NCBI GenBank assembly: GCA_964016885.1
Contig: OZ024764.1
Coordinates: forward strand, 17,422,001 to 17,486,000
Direction of reading: 5' to 3'
Length of the DNA stretch: 64,000 nucleotides
Source of the DNA: Eledone cirrhosa
Taxonomy: Eukaryota
The notes under the pieces are model-generated. The model saw nothing but the letters and a program-made list of their open reading frames with translations. It made no database searches and was not told where the DNA came from. Both the position numbers and the translations under genes were made by a program. This document shows positions 1 through 13,182 of this stretch, in pieces. Each line of letters starts with the position of its first letter. The stretch's first letter is position 1.

Positions 1-559
1 AACATTCCCCCTCTCTCATTTTATTAACCACCACCTCATTGTAATGTTACTCTTATTGCACCTCTTACTCCCTCTCTCTTTAACTTACTATATATCGCCT
101 GCCTTTCTTTGCCCCTCTCTCACTGACTCATCGTTCGTCTCTCTCTTAATTGTAGTTTCTCTCTCTCTCTCACATTTATAATACACCTCTTACTACCCCT
201 CATCATCCCCCTCTCTTTAACCTACTAGCTATCTCTCGCCAGTCTTACCCCTCTCTCATTAACTCAGTCTTTGTCTCTCACTCTCACTGATAGCCACTCT
301 CCCCCTCTCTTCTTCACAGTAGAGTTACTCTTCCTACTCCTCATAAACACTCTCTCATTGACCTATAGTCTGTCTCTTTTTCTCTCATACACTCTCCTCC
401 TCTCAACAACCTCCTCAGTGGACATTAGCTCTTATTACTCCTCATGTTCCCTTTCTCATTACCTTACTCTCTCTCTCTCTCTTACAGGACAACCACCTCT
501 TTACATTACCTCATACCACACCTCATGCTACTTCTCTAATTGACTTACTATCTCTCTCA

Positions 560-1142
560 TTTAACACTTACCACCACCACCACCACCACCACCACCACCA
601 CCAACAACAACAACACCACACCACCACCACCACCACCACCACAAACACAGCCATCACCACCATCACCACCACCACTTATCCCTCACCACCATCAACACAC
701 ACACACCGCCATCTTAATGGCACCACCACACCACCACCACCACACCACCACCACCACACCACTACAACCCCCTTCACTCATCACTTATCCCCACCACCAC
801 AACCATTTATCACTACACCGCGACCAACACACCGCCACCACACCGCCACCACCACACTGCCACACTCACACACACACGACACCACCACCATCAACACACC
901 ACCACAACCATTTCCATTACATCACCACCACTACACCACGACCATTATTACCACACCACCACTACAACCATTACCACCCCACCACACCACCACCACAACC
1001 ATTACCACACCACCACCACCCCACCACCACAACCATTACCACCCCACCACCACCCCACCACCACTCATCACTTATCACCCCCACCTCCACTCACCACCAC
1101 CACCACCACCACCACCACACTCCACTCATCACTACCACACTC
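560..1142. repeat. degenerate (CAC/CCA)n trinucleotide tract
   Basis: Direct reading; the P/H/T-rich ORF is an artefact of the repeat. Confidence 0.95.
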
Positions 1143-1363
1143 CACTCAGCAGCTTTATCCTATGTCTTCACATAAAACGCTTTTCCTTTGATGTTTTCAC
1201 ATCAAAGGAAAATGGCGGCTTGTTGTGGTTATTTTCGTTAGTTTTTTGTGGTATTTTTTTTAGCTGTATTTATTCTAAAGCTAAGCAAGTAACCGTTGTA
1301 AGTGGCTAGATTCCCTCCTAGAAATAGTAGCTACACTCCCTCACTGTCTTACATACATCTCCC

Positions 1364-1464
<101 letters not shown>

Positions 1465-1529
1465 GTATATATATATATATATTATATATATATATATATA
1501 TATATGCATATTTATATGTGTGTGTTTGG

Positions 1530-1581
<52 letters not shown>

Positions 1582-1639
1582 TACATATACATTTATATAT
1601 ATGTATGTGTGTGTGTGTGTCTGTCTATCCCTTTCCCTC

Positions 1640-1689
<50 letters not shown>

Positions 1690-1895
1690 TTCTCTCTCTA
1701 TATATATATATTTGGCTAAAATCTATTTATTGAATCGAGTAATAATAATAATAGTAATAATAATAATAATAATAATAACAACAATAATAGTTTCCGAGAT
1801 ATAGGTGTGAAAGGGAGGGTGTGTGTGTGAGAAAATAGGGAGTTTATTTAATCGATCTCTTTACACCGTCTCTCCACTCCCCCTTACAACTCTAA

Positions 1896-2122
1896 CCACC
1901 ACCACCACCATCACCATCATCACTATAAACACCACCACTATCAGCATCATCACTATAAACACCACCACTATCAGCATCATCACTATAAACACCACCACTA
2001 TCAGCATCATCACTATAAACACCAACACCACCACCACCACCACCACCACCACCACCACTATCGCCATAACCACAACCACCACTAACACCACCACCACCAC
2101 CACCACCACCAACACCACCACC
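1896..2122. repeat. 30-bp minisatellite (ACCACCACTATCAGCATCATCACTATAAAC) x~4 in a (CAC)n tract
   Basis: Unit repeated in tandem at about 1901-2020. Confidence 0.85.
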
Positions 2123-2412
2123 CAATCACTTCATTTTCCCACTTTATACTATCGATCTATCTCCCTCATCCATCCCCACCCTCAGCCAAGCCCCTCCCTC
2201 ACCCAGCCCGACACCCCACCCCAGCCCCACCCTGATATGTGATGAAAGGGAGAAACCGACCTCAGTAGGGACTTTGTCTTTTATCCCTAAAAGATCGATA
2301 AGCAATCAGGGTGTGGAGTAGTGGTGTGGTGGTGTGGTGTAGTGGTGGCCTGTTTAATTATTATCAAAGGGATGATATAAACCCAGGTTCATGTATGTAT
2401 ATATATATCTAG

Positions 2413-2459
<47 letters not shown>

Positions 2460-2640
2460 CATATATATATATATATACGTAAATATATATATATATATTT
2501 ACATATATATATATTTATACATATATATATATATACATATATATACATATATATATATATACATAAATATATATATATATATTTACATATATATATATAT
2601 ATATATATTTATACATATATATATATATACATATATATAC

Positions 2641-2671
<31 letters not shown>

Positions 2672-2730
2672 CACATATATATATATATATATATTTATAC
2701 ATATATATATATATACATATATATATATAC

Positions 2731-2816
<86 letters not shown>

Positions 2817-2940
2817 GTGTGAAAATATTTAGGACCCCGACGGCTGAGCTCCGGCCGTTTCGACAGCTAGATCTGAACGGTCGGATCTAGCTGTCGAAAC
2901 GGCCGGAGCTCAGCCGTCGGGGTCCTAAATATTTTCACAC
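2817..2940. mobile_element. fold-back palindrome (57-bp perfect arms) of a family A-related element end with the 3' half of a hammerhead
   Basis: 2817-2873 is the reverse complement of 2884-2940. The + arm reads GAAACGGC-cggagctca-GCCGTC-ggggtcc (GAAA, stem III, GUC). (TA)n on both sides. Confidence 0.85.
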
Positions 2941-2992
<52 letters not shown>

Positions 2993-3467
2993 TGATTTAT
3001 TATGGCTATTGGTGATCTGTGTTACTCTATCCCCCTCTCTATATTTACCATACAACACTCTCATTCCCTCTCACTTTAATCACTACCACCAAACTATCCC
3101 CCTCTCTACACCAACCACACAACACTCTCTTCCAATCCCTCTCTCTATATCAACTACCACCAAACTCTCCCCCTCTCTATATCGTGGTGGTGGTGGTGTT
3201 GTGTTTTATCATGAAGGGGATGGGGGTGTATACGATAGGAGGTGGGTGGAGGTAGAAAAGAAAAGGGGGGAAGTGTCAATGTATATGTGTGTGTGTGTGT
3301 GTATATATCTATATATGTATATATATATATATGTGGGTCTGTATAGGTGTATATATATGTATGTATGTGTGCCTATGTTTATATATGTATGTGTGTGTGT
3401 GTGTGGTTATGTATATATACAACTGTGTGTGTCTGTATGTATATATATGTATGTATGTGTGTGCACA

Positions 3468-3512
<45 letters not shown>

Positions 3513-3549
3513 ATGTGTATAAGTGTGTATATATGAATGCGTGTGTGTT

Positions 3550-3612
<63 letters not shown>

Positions 3613-3759
3613 TATATAGATAGATATATATATATGAATATGCATATATGTATGTGTGTATATGTATATATATAGATATATAGATATAATATATATATAT
3701 ATATAAATATATATATATAAATATATATATATACATATAGCCACATACATATATCCATA

Positions 3760-3837
<78 letters not shown>

Positions 3838-3990
3838 CATACATATATATATATATATATATGAATATGTGTGTCGGCAAACATCAAAGTGATACCAGAC
3901 AGAGAAGAAGACAAAAGCCAGTCTGTAAACAATAGCAATAGTAAAGACTGTTATAGACATCTCACAACCTACATTGATATATATATATAT

Positions 3991-4265
<275 letters not shown>

Positions 4266-4301
4266 GTATATGTAATTATAGAAATATATGTGTAATTATG
4301 T

Positions 4302-4400
<99 letters not shown>

Positions 4401-4478
4401 GGAGAGAGAGAACCAGTTTAAAACTAGTTAGACCGATACTCGACAGAGTACTTGATACTTGTGGTAGTAGCTTACAGC

Positions 4479-4532
<54 letters not shown>

Positions 4533-4596
4533 CAGAGACAGATATATAGATAGATAGATAGATAGATAGATAGACACACTGACAGTTAGATAGATA

Positions 4597-4966
4597 TATT
4601 TCTTTATTAGCCACAAGGGCGCACAAGAAAAGGGGACAATACAAAGACACATGCCGGGGATTTTTCATACAGTCATGTAAAAAATATAAAACAAACAATT
4701 TCAACAATCGAAATCCCCAATAGGGGGGAGGCGCCACAAATGGGTTGTTTAATACCCCGTAGATAGAACAACCCTCAACTCCAGGAGCGTGTTGTGCAAG
4801 TGCCCCCTTCTTCCTTTTGCTCTCCTCTTCAACCTACAGGTTTATATACAGAGAAGGCCCAATCACTCGGGCCATTCTCGCCATATTCACCCACCTTTCA
4901 GTAAATTTACTGGGGTCCAGTGCCTCTCTCTCAACTCTGATTCTCCCTCTAAAGTGGTATTTAATG
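4597..4966 (-). mobile_element. Tx1/L1-clade LINE 3' fragment (diverged subfamily) in (GATA)n
   Basis: Encodes KYHFRGRIRVEREALDPSKFTERWVNMARMARVIGPSLYINL*, homologous to the C-terminus at 7882-8769, plus 3' UTR. Confidence 0.9.
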
Positions 4967-4990
4967 GATAGATAGATAGATAGATAGATA

Positions 4991-5757
4991 TATTTCTTTA
5001 TTAGCCACAGGGGCACAAAAGAAGGGGACAAATACAAAGGGGGAAGTTTACATACAATAAAAACGTGTAAAATGTTATCACAGATGGAATTTAAAAAGTT
5101 AGTCGATTTTCCCCAATAGAGGGAGACAGTTTATATGGGTAACACATACCCCCGAAAAAAAATGTGCAACCCTCATCTCCAGGAGTACGAAGAGCTTGTA
5201 CTCCTTTCCTCTCCTCCTCCTTTTCCTCAACCTACAGGCTGATATAGAGAGAAGGCCCATTCACTCGGGCCATTCTCGCCACTTTCACCCACCTTTCATA
5301 AAACTTGCTGGGGTACAGCACCTCTCTCTCCATCCTGATTCTTCTTCCAAAGTGGTATTTGAAAAAAAGAATCAGTTGTTGGCCGGAGAGAAAGGTGTCT
5401 GACCTCAGCCCTTTCAACCTTGTCCACCATACAACCTCTTTCGCCATAGCTATCACACAAAGGAAAACCGCCTCTCCTTCGTTTTTGAAGGAGGGTGGCG
5501 GTTTGATCATGACAATGGACTCGGTGGTCAACTGGATTGGTCCCACCCGCGACAATTGTCGTTCTACATAGCCCCACAGGTCAGTGACGCCCGGGCAGTG
5601 TATGAATGCGTGCGCGACGGTTTCTTCGTCTCGCACACATCTCGGACAGATCTTTTTGCAGGGTCCCTGCCCGGGCGCCCATGTCTGTAGAGCTTGTCTC
5701 GAACTGGTAGAGCTCCTCGGTAGCACTGCCAGGCCAGGGACTTTTGGAAGTTGTCCA
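4991..5757 (-). mobile_element. Tx1/L1-clade LINE, 5'-truncated copy (zf-RVT region + 3' UTR) in (GATA)n
   Basis: FQKSLAWQCYRGALPVRDKL and CPRCVRDEETVAHAFIHC motifs with a frameshift near 5665; near-identical to 8250-8769. Confidence 0.93.
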
Positions 5758-5776
5758 TAGATAGATAGATAGATAG

Positions 5777-5870
5777 ATTTCTATTTATTGCCACAGGGGC
5801 ACAAAAGAAGGGGACAAATACAAAGGGGGAAGTTTACATACAATAAAAACGTGTAAAATACTATCACAAA
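5777..5870 (-). mobile_element. Tx1/L1-clade LINE 3' tip (~90 bp) in (GATA)n
   Basis: Nearly identical to 4991-5082. Confidence 0.85.
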
Positions 5871-5994
5871 TAGATAGATAGATAGATTGTGTTGGTATGT
5901 GTATATGCACACATACACACACACATATACATATATATATACCTTTTATACACACGCACACAAATACATACAACATATATACGTCTATAATATT

Positions 5995-6055
<61 letters not shown>

Positions 6056-6057
<2 letters not shown>

Positions 6058-6191
6058 CGAGGGAAATGTGGTAAGGAACCAGGTGGACCATAACGCACCA
6101 AAGTACTCAATACTTAGGGTAGTAGAGTGGGTAATAGTCCAGAATTAGCCGTCGAAACGGCTTGAGCTCAGCCGTCGGGGTCCTACTCGTT

Positions 6192-6195
<4 letters not shown>
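6056..6195. mobile_element. family A (TA)n-inserted element end with internally inverted 5' part; hammerhead 3' half
   Basis: 6056-6137 is the minus-strand 3' tail. 6137-6195 is the upstream part in the opposite orientation (GTCGAAACGGCttgagctcaGCCGTCGGGGTCC). Compare the colinear copy at 15736-15858. Confidence 0.85.
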
Positions 6196-6226
<31 letters not shown>

Positions 6227-6442
6227 ATATATCTATACACATATATATACATAAATTAATAAAGTAATGAATAAACAAAGAAACAGTTCCTTATATCAAA
6301 AAAATTCAGCATTTTACGATCGTTTCTAGGATATATATGTGTTGGTGTTGGTATGCATATTCTATAGATCTATGTAAAATATTTATACAAACTATCAGAG
6401 GGAATATACATACCTACACATAAATATGCTGTCTTCTGAAAT

Positions 6443-6502
6443 AATTGTTTCTACTTTTGGCACAAGGCCATCAATTACTCAGTGCATTACTGGTACTTTA
6501 TT
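6443..6502 (-). mobile_element. SINE 3' fragment (same family as 21322-21503)
   Basis: ttgtttctacttttggcacaaggcc...ttactggtacttta matches the SINE tail. Confidence 0.75.
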
Positions 6503-6592
6503 AATGATATTTGTTTATTCATGATATCCGGATTACATTGAGTTCTTCATACGGATTGGACACTACCGTAAATTTTTGGTAGATTTATCTAC

Positions 6593-6679
<87 letters not shown>

Positions 6680-6684
6680 TATAT

Positions 6685-6739
<55 letters not shown>

Positions 6740-6764
6740 CACAAATACATATATATATATATAT

Positions 6765-6796
<32 letters not shown>

Positions 6797-6819
6797 TATA
6801 TATATACACACACATACAC

Positions 6820-6850
<31 letters not shown>

Positions 6851-6886
6851 TACACACACAAAATAAATATATATATATATATACGT

Positions 6887-6917
<31 letters not shown>

Positions 6918-7134
6918 CACACACAAAATAAATATATATACAAACACCATTCATATACTTAGCCACTTTATTTTGAAACCCGATATTGAAAAAAAAATAT
7001 TCGCGCCCATAAAATATTACCCCTCTCTCACTAAAAGATTATACATTTCTCACCCTCTCTATATATCACTACATGCCTCGCTCTCTCTCCCTCGATCAAC
7101 ATTCTCCCTCTCTCACTAAACCAGTAAACTTTCT

Positions 7135-7517
7135 CCCCTCTCTCTATCCGACTACATGCCTCACTCTCACAATTCCCCCTCTCTCGCTAAACCACCAAAC
7201 TCTTTCCCCCTCTTTATATCCCACTACATGCCTCACTCTCACAATTCCCCCTCTCTCGCTAAACCACCAAACTCTTTCCCCCTCTTTATATCCCACTACA
7301 TGCCTCACTCTCACAATTCCCCCTCTCTCGCTAAACCACCAAACTCTTTCCCCCTCTTTATATCCCACTACATGCCTCACTCTCACAATTACCCCTCTCT
7401 CGCTAAACCACCAAACTCTTTCCCCCTCTTTATATCCCACTACATACCTCACTCTCTCTCAAAATTCTCCCTCTCTCACTAAAGCAGCAAACTCTCTCCC
7501 CTTCTCTATATCCCACT
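7135..7517. repeat. 72-bp minisatellite, ~4.5 copies plus degenerate edges
   Basis: 24-aa periodicity (SPSLYPTTCLTLTIPPLSLNHQTL) in the ORF track. Confidence 0.92.
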
Positions 7518-9008
7518 CGTGGAGGAGCAAACCGATGCCCTCCGACGGCATCGTCGGACGCTGGACGGAGGGACCGGTGAAGCTGCTCGGGGTCTGGTTC
7601 GGACCGGACCTCCAGGTGGATAAAAAAACTGGGACGTGGTAACGGGCAAGGTGTTTGCACTCGCCCAGAAGTGGGCCGAGTGAAAACTATCCCTGAAAGG
7701 TCGAGCAGAGGTGGCGAACGCTTATATAGCGTCCGTCATCTACTACCGCTTGACCGTCGTGCCTTGCCCAGAGAAAACACTCGCCAAAATGGAGCGCGGG
7801 CTGTTCCGATTTCTTTGGAAGAAGCGGGCTCCTTTGGTGTGAAGATCCATCTGCTGTCAACACCCTTCGAACGGAGGGCTGGTGATGCCGTGGCTGACGA
7901 TGCGTAGACACGCATTAAGGCTACGGAAGCTCCAGGTATTCCTCACCGGTCAGCCGGTGTGGGCCCTGTTTGTGAGGCGAGCCTTTCCGAGACTCGTCTC
8001 ACTCACCGAGCTGCAATCCTGGGTCAAGCAAAGACCGAGAAAAGTGGGCGACTGGCACATTGAATGTGCCCAGGCGCTCACAGCCCTCTGGCAAGCCGAT
8101 CCGGCAATCAGTGGAGACTCAACCTCAACATTCTATAGAGGGTTGGTGCGCAGTAAGTGCGACGACGCTCTCGGAGAGGCTCTGGGCATGGAGGAAGACG
8201 AGCTGGCCAGTCTGTTCGGTAGGACGTTTGGCCCGGGACCGATGAACATCTTCCAAAAGTCCCTGGCTTGGCAATGTTACCGAGGAGCTCTACCCGTTCG
8301 TGACAAGCTCTACAGACACGGGCGCCCGGGTAGGGACCCCTCGAAGAAGATCTGTCCGAGATGCGTGCGTGACGAGGAAACCGTCGCACACGCATTCGTA
8401 CACTGCCCGGGCGTTGCTGACCTGTGGGGCTATGTGGAACGACTACTGTCGCGGGTGGGACCAATCCGGTTGACCACCGAGAACATTGTCACGATCAAAC
8501 CGCCTCCCCCTTTCAAAAACGAAGGAGAGGCGGTTTTCCTCTGTGTGATAGCTATGGCGAAAGAGGTTGTATGGTGGACAAGGTTGAAAGGGCTGAGGTC
8601 AGATACCTTTCTCTCCGGCCAACAACTTGTCCTTTTTTTCAAGTACCACTTTAGAAGAAGGATCAGAATGGAGAGAGAGGTGCTCTACCCCAGCAAGTTT
8701 TATGAAAGGTGGGTGAAAGTAGCGAGAATGGCCCGAGTGAATGGGCCTTCTCTCTATATCAGCCTGTAGGTGAGAGAGGAGAATAATGAGAAGAGGAAGG
8801 AAGCACCCGCTCTTTGTGCTCCTGAAGAGGAGGGTTGCACATTTTCGGGGGTGTGTGCGACCCATGTCAACGCCCCTCCCTATTGAGGACATCGATCGTT
8901 AAATTTAATTTGTTATATGTTTTTTTACGTCTTTTTAAATGTATGTAAACTCCCCTCCTTTGTATTTGTCCCAATCTTTGATGCCCTGGTGGCAAATAAA
9001 TAGAAATT
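7518..9008 (+). mobile_element. Tx1/L1-clade non-LTR retrotransposon, 5'-truncated ORF2 (RT C-terminus + zf-RVT) and 3' UTR; defective
   Basis: VKLLGVWFG, LSLKGRAEVANAYIASVIYY, GGLVMP, AWQCYRGALPVRDKL, CPRC..EETVAHAF.HC. Frameshift near 7625, in-frame TGA at 7681 and 7840, ORF stop at 8769, AATAAA near 8996. Confidence 0.93.
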
Positions 9009-9037
9009 ACTCTATATATACCACTAGATACCTCACT

Positions 9038-9111
<74 letters not shown>

Positions 9112-9498
9112 TTAATTTCCCCTCTCTCATTAAACCAACAAACACCAGCAACAGCACCACCAACACTACCACCACCACTACTACTACTACAGTGTTAGGT
9201 TCCCTACAAAACCACCACCACCACCACCACCACCACTACCACCACTACGACCACCACTACGACCACCACAACTACCGTATTAGCTTCCCTACCCCACCAT
9301 CACTACTACTACTACTACTACTACAGTATTAGGTTCCCTACACCACCACCACCACCATCATAACACTCTACCACCCACTCTACCCCCTCCTCCTCCAACA
9401 ACCACAACAGATAATCTCTCCTTTGATGTTCGCCGACATCAAAGGAAAAAAAAGTTTCTGTATAAAATTAGCGAAGATTTGTTAGACAGCATTGTATA

Positions 9499-9529
9499 GT
9501 GATGGTGGTGGTGGTGGTGGTGGTGGTGG

Positions 9530-9560
<31 letters not shown>

Positions 9561-9719
9561 AGTGGTGGTGGTGGTGGTGGTGGTGGTGGTGATGGTGGTG
9601 GTGGTGCTGGTAGTGGTGGTGGTGGTGGTGGTGGTGGTGGTGGTGGTGGTGGTGGTGGTGGTGGTGGTGGTGGTGGTGGTGGTGATGGTGGTGGTGGTGG
9701 TGGTGGCTGGTAGTGGTGG

Positions 9720-9750
<31 letters not shown>

Positions 9751-9812
9751 AGTGGTGGTGGTGGTGGTGGTGGTGGTGATGGTGGTGGTGGTGGTGATGG
9801 TGGTGGTGGTGG

Positions 9813-9843
<31 letters not shown>

Positions 9844-9890
9844 AGTGGTGGTGGTGGTGGTGGTGGTGGTGGTGGTGGTGGTGGTGGTGG

Positions 9891-9921
<31 letters not shown>

Positions 9922-10660
9922 GCTGGTAGTGGTGGTGGTGGTGGTGGTGGGGTGGTGGTGGTGTGGTGGGGTGGTGGTGGTAGGTGGTGGTGTGTGTGGT
10001 GGTGGTGTGGTGGTGGTGTGGTGGGGTGTGGTGGTGGTGGTGGTGGTGGTGGTGGTGGGGGTGGTGGTGGTGGTGGTGATGGTGGTGGGTGGTGGTGGTG
10101 GTGTGGTGGTGGTGGTGGTGGTGGTGGGTGGTGGTGGTTGTGGTGGTGGTGGTGGTGGGTGGTGGTGGGTGGTGTTGGTGGGTGGTGGTGGGTGGTGGTG
10201 GTGGTGGTGGTGGTGATGGTGGTGGTGGTGGTGGTGGTGGTGGTGGTGATGGTGGTGGTGGTGGTGATGGTGGTGGGTGGTGGTGTGGGTGGTGGTGGTG
10301 GTGGTGGTGTGTGGTGGGTGGTGGTGGTGTGGTGGTGGTGGTGGTGGATGGTGGTGGTGGTGGTTGGTGGTGGTGGTGGTGGTGGTGGTGGTGTGGTGGT
10401 GTGGTGTGTGGTGGTGGTGGTGGTGGTGAGTGGTGGTGGTGGTGGTGTGGTGGTGGTGGTAGTTGTGGTGGTGGTGGTGGTGGTGGTGTAGTGGTGGTGG
10501 TGGTGGTGTGTGGTGGTGTAGTGGTGCTGGTGCTGGAGTTGGTGGTGGTGATGGCGTGGTGGTGGTGGTGTAGTGCTGCTGGTGATAGTGGCGGTGGTGA
10601 TGGTGTTGTTGTTGTTGCTGGTTGTGGTGTGTTGTTATTGTAGTAATGGTGGTGATGGTG
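9499..10660. repeat. (GGT)n tract
   Basis: Direct reading. Confidence 0.97.
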
Positions 10661-10667
10661 GAGATAG

Positions 10668-10699
<32 letters not shown>

Positions 10700-10765
10700 G
10701 GAGAGACGGAGAGAGAGAGAGAGGGGGGGAGACAGAAAGAAAGATCGATCGATAGATAGATAGAT

Positions 10766-10845
<80 letters not shown>

Positions 10846-11037
10846 GGAGAGAGAGAGGGGGGGGGCGAGACAGAAAGAAAGATCGATAGATAGATAGATA
10901 GAGATAGATAGATAGATAGATAGAGGGAGAGAGAGAGAGAGAGAGGGAAAGAGAGAGAGAGAGAGAGGGGAGAGAGACACAGAAAGAAAGATCGATAGAT
11001 AGAGATAGATAGATAGAGATAGATAGATAGAGAGAGA

Positions 11038-11074
<37 letters not shown>

Positions 11075-11242
11075 ACAGTTTCCTTCCCTGAAATCCGACC
11101 AAAGTATCCGCAAGTTATCTTTCGTCTTCAGGTCACATGACAACATCCGGTAATTTCCGTGACAGCTATTGTCAATTAATAGAATTATTATAACTGAATC
11201 GTGATTTATTACACGTTTAAAGGTTTCTAGCCGCGAAAGTAA

Positions 11243-11644
11243 AGGTGCGTGGCTTAGTGGTTAGAGTGTTAGGTTGTGGCTTAGATTCTATTGCCGGGTG
11301 ATGTGTTGTGTCCTTGAGCAAGACTTAGATTCTATTGCCGGGTGATGTGTTGTGTCCTTGAGCAAGACTTAGATTCTATTGCCGGTGATGTGTTCGTGTC
11401 CTTGAGCAAGACTTAGATTCTATTGCCGGGTGATGTGTTGTGTCCTTGAGCAAGACTTAGATTCTATTGCCGGGTGATGTGTTGTGTCCTTGAGCAAGAC
11501 TTAGATTCTATTGCCGGGTGATGTGTTGTGTCCTTGAGCAAGACACTTTATTTCACGTTGCTCCAGTCCACTCAGCTGCAGAAATGAGCTGTGATGTCAC
11601 TGGTGCCAAGCTGTACCAGTCAGTGCCTTCTCGTGGACAACATC
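11243..11644 (+). mobile_element. tRNA-derived CORE-like SINE with an internal 44-bp segment amplified x6
   Basis: A-box TGGCTTAGTGG; CORE-like GTGTCCTTGAGCAAGACACTT; 44-bp unit at 11280, 11324, 11368, 11412, 11456, 11500. Confidence 0.85.
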
Positions 11645-11722
11645 ATCCTTACGGGGTCGATAAAATAAAGTACCAGTAATGCACTGGGTAATTGCTGGCC
11701 TTGTGCCTAACGTAGAAACAAT
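11643..11722 (+). mobile_element. SINE 3' half (Meta-domain-like family)
   Basis: tcatccttacggggtcgataaaataaagtaccag...gtagaaacaa matches 21424-21501. Confidence 0.85.
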
Positions 11723-11745
11723 ATATATAGTGTATATTTACTGTA

Positions 11746-11783
<38 letters not shown>

Positions 11784-11881
11784 GTATATACACATAGTGT
11801 ATCTATGGCGTATATATAAAGTACATAATATATATAGACAGATTGATATATATATATATGTATATATAAATATATAGACAG

Positions 11882-11914
<33 letters not shown>

Positions 11915-11919
<5 letters not shown>

Positions 11920-12086
11920 TCTAATTTTAGCACAAGGCCAGCAATTATCTCAGTGTATTACTGGTACTTTATTTTATCGACCCCGTAAGGATGAAAGGCA
12001 AAGTTAACCTCGGCGGGATTTGAAATCAGAATGGCAAGGGCCGTAACTCTATACGTCAAAGCATGGCGTCCGACCCTCTACCGATT
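11915..12086 (-). mobile_element. tRNA-derived SINE (Meta-domain-like)
   Basis: Reverse complement of 21335-21501, including the B-box region. Confidence 0.9.
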
Positions 12087-12088
12087 AC

Positions 12089-12166
<78 letters not shown>

Positions 12167-12223
12167 CATATATATCCCACATTGCGAGGCACACACCCGC
12201 GGGTAGCCAACACTGCGCCGATG

Positions 12224-12307
12224 GTGGTGAGCAGAGAGTGACCCTAGGGTCAAAGACACCAGAGGGTGGTGAGCAGAGAGTGACCCTAGGGTCAAAGACA
12301 CCAGAGG
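12224..12307. repeat. 42-bp tandem duplication containing palindrome TGACCCTAGGGTCA
   Basis: Two exact adjacent copies. Confidence 0.85.
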
Positions 12308-12756
12308 CCCCAAGTTACGGTATTATCACGAGGGTGGGTGTACGACAGAATATTGGTAGAGTAACGAATAAGACAGCAGTATGTTCGAATTTCACCAAAG
12401 TCTGTTTATTACGTAATATCACTGTTATACGCATTTTCACAGTATCTGTTACGTAATTTTCAGATAAGTTTAGTTTTTCTCTTGCATAAACATTAATGAT
12501 GTAACTTCTTATGTGATACACCGACAGACGGGTTAGGTGTTGATTTGTCATCAGATATATATGTGTGTGTGTGTGTTGTGTGTGTGCGTGTGTGTGTGTG
12601 TTTACACATACACAGAGACACACGCATACGTATATATATGTATATATGTGTATATATATATATATATGTGTGTGTGCGTGCGTGTGTGTGTGTTTACAGA
12701 TACACAGAGACACACGCATATGTATATATGTGTATATATGTATATATATATAGATG

Positions 12757-12791
<35 letters not shown>

Positions 12792-12894
12792 TGTGTGTTG
12801 TGTGTGTGCGTGTGTGTGTGTTTACACATACACAGAGAAAAACGCATACGTATGTATGTGTATGTGTATATATATATATATATATATAGATGTG

Positions 12895-12949
<55 letters not shown>

Positions 12950-13182
12950 TAGACAGACAGACAGACAGAACTACAGTTGGAGAAGAAAGCAGAGAGAAAG
13001 AAAGAGAGTGGCGAGGGTGGGAGGAGGTAGACAATCAGACAGCGAGGGTGGGGTGGGGTGGGGTTTGGTAGCGGCACAAGATCAAAGGCAGTCACTGATC
13101 GATAAAATGTTGCGAGAAATCGATATTGAAGTAACATCTGGAAATGAGAAATATATCGTTGTTGTTGAAGTTATTGTTGTTG

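Noticed and set aside
7882-8769. Intact 295-aa host gene
   Set aside because: It is the C-terminus of a truncated Tx1 ORF2 with upstream stops and a frameshift.
11115-11132. CTGAAGACGAAA on the minus strand
   Set aside because: No stem II and no supporting stems I or III.
11078-11166. Possible minus-strand exon (CHGNYRMLSCDLKTKDNLRILWSDFREGN) and similar islands at 9400-9460 and 13080-13137
   Set aside because: Splice-like signals exist, but I recognise no homology and the phases do not join; RNA-seq would be needed.
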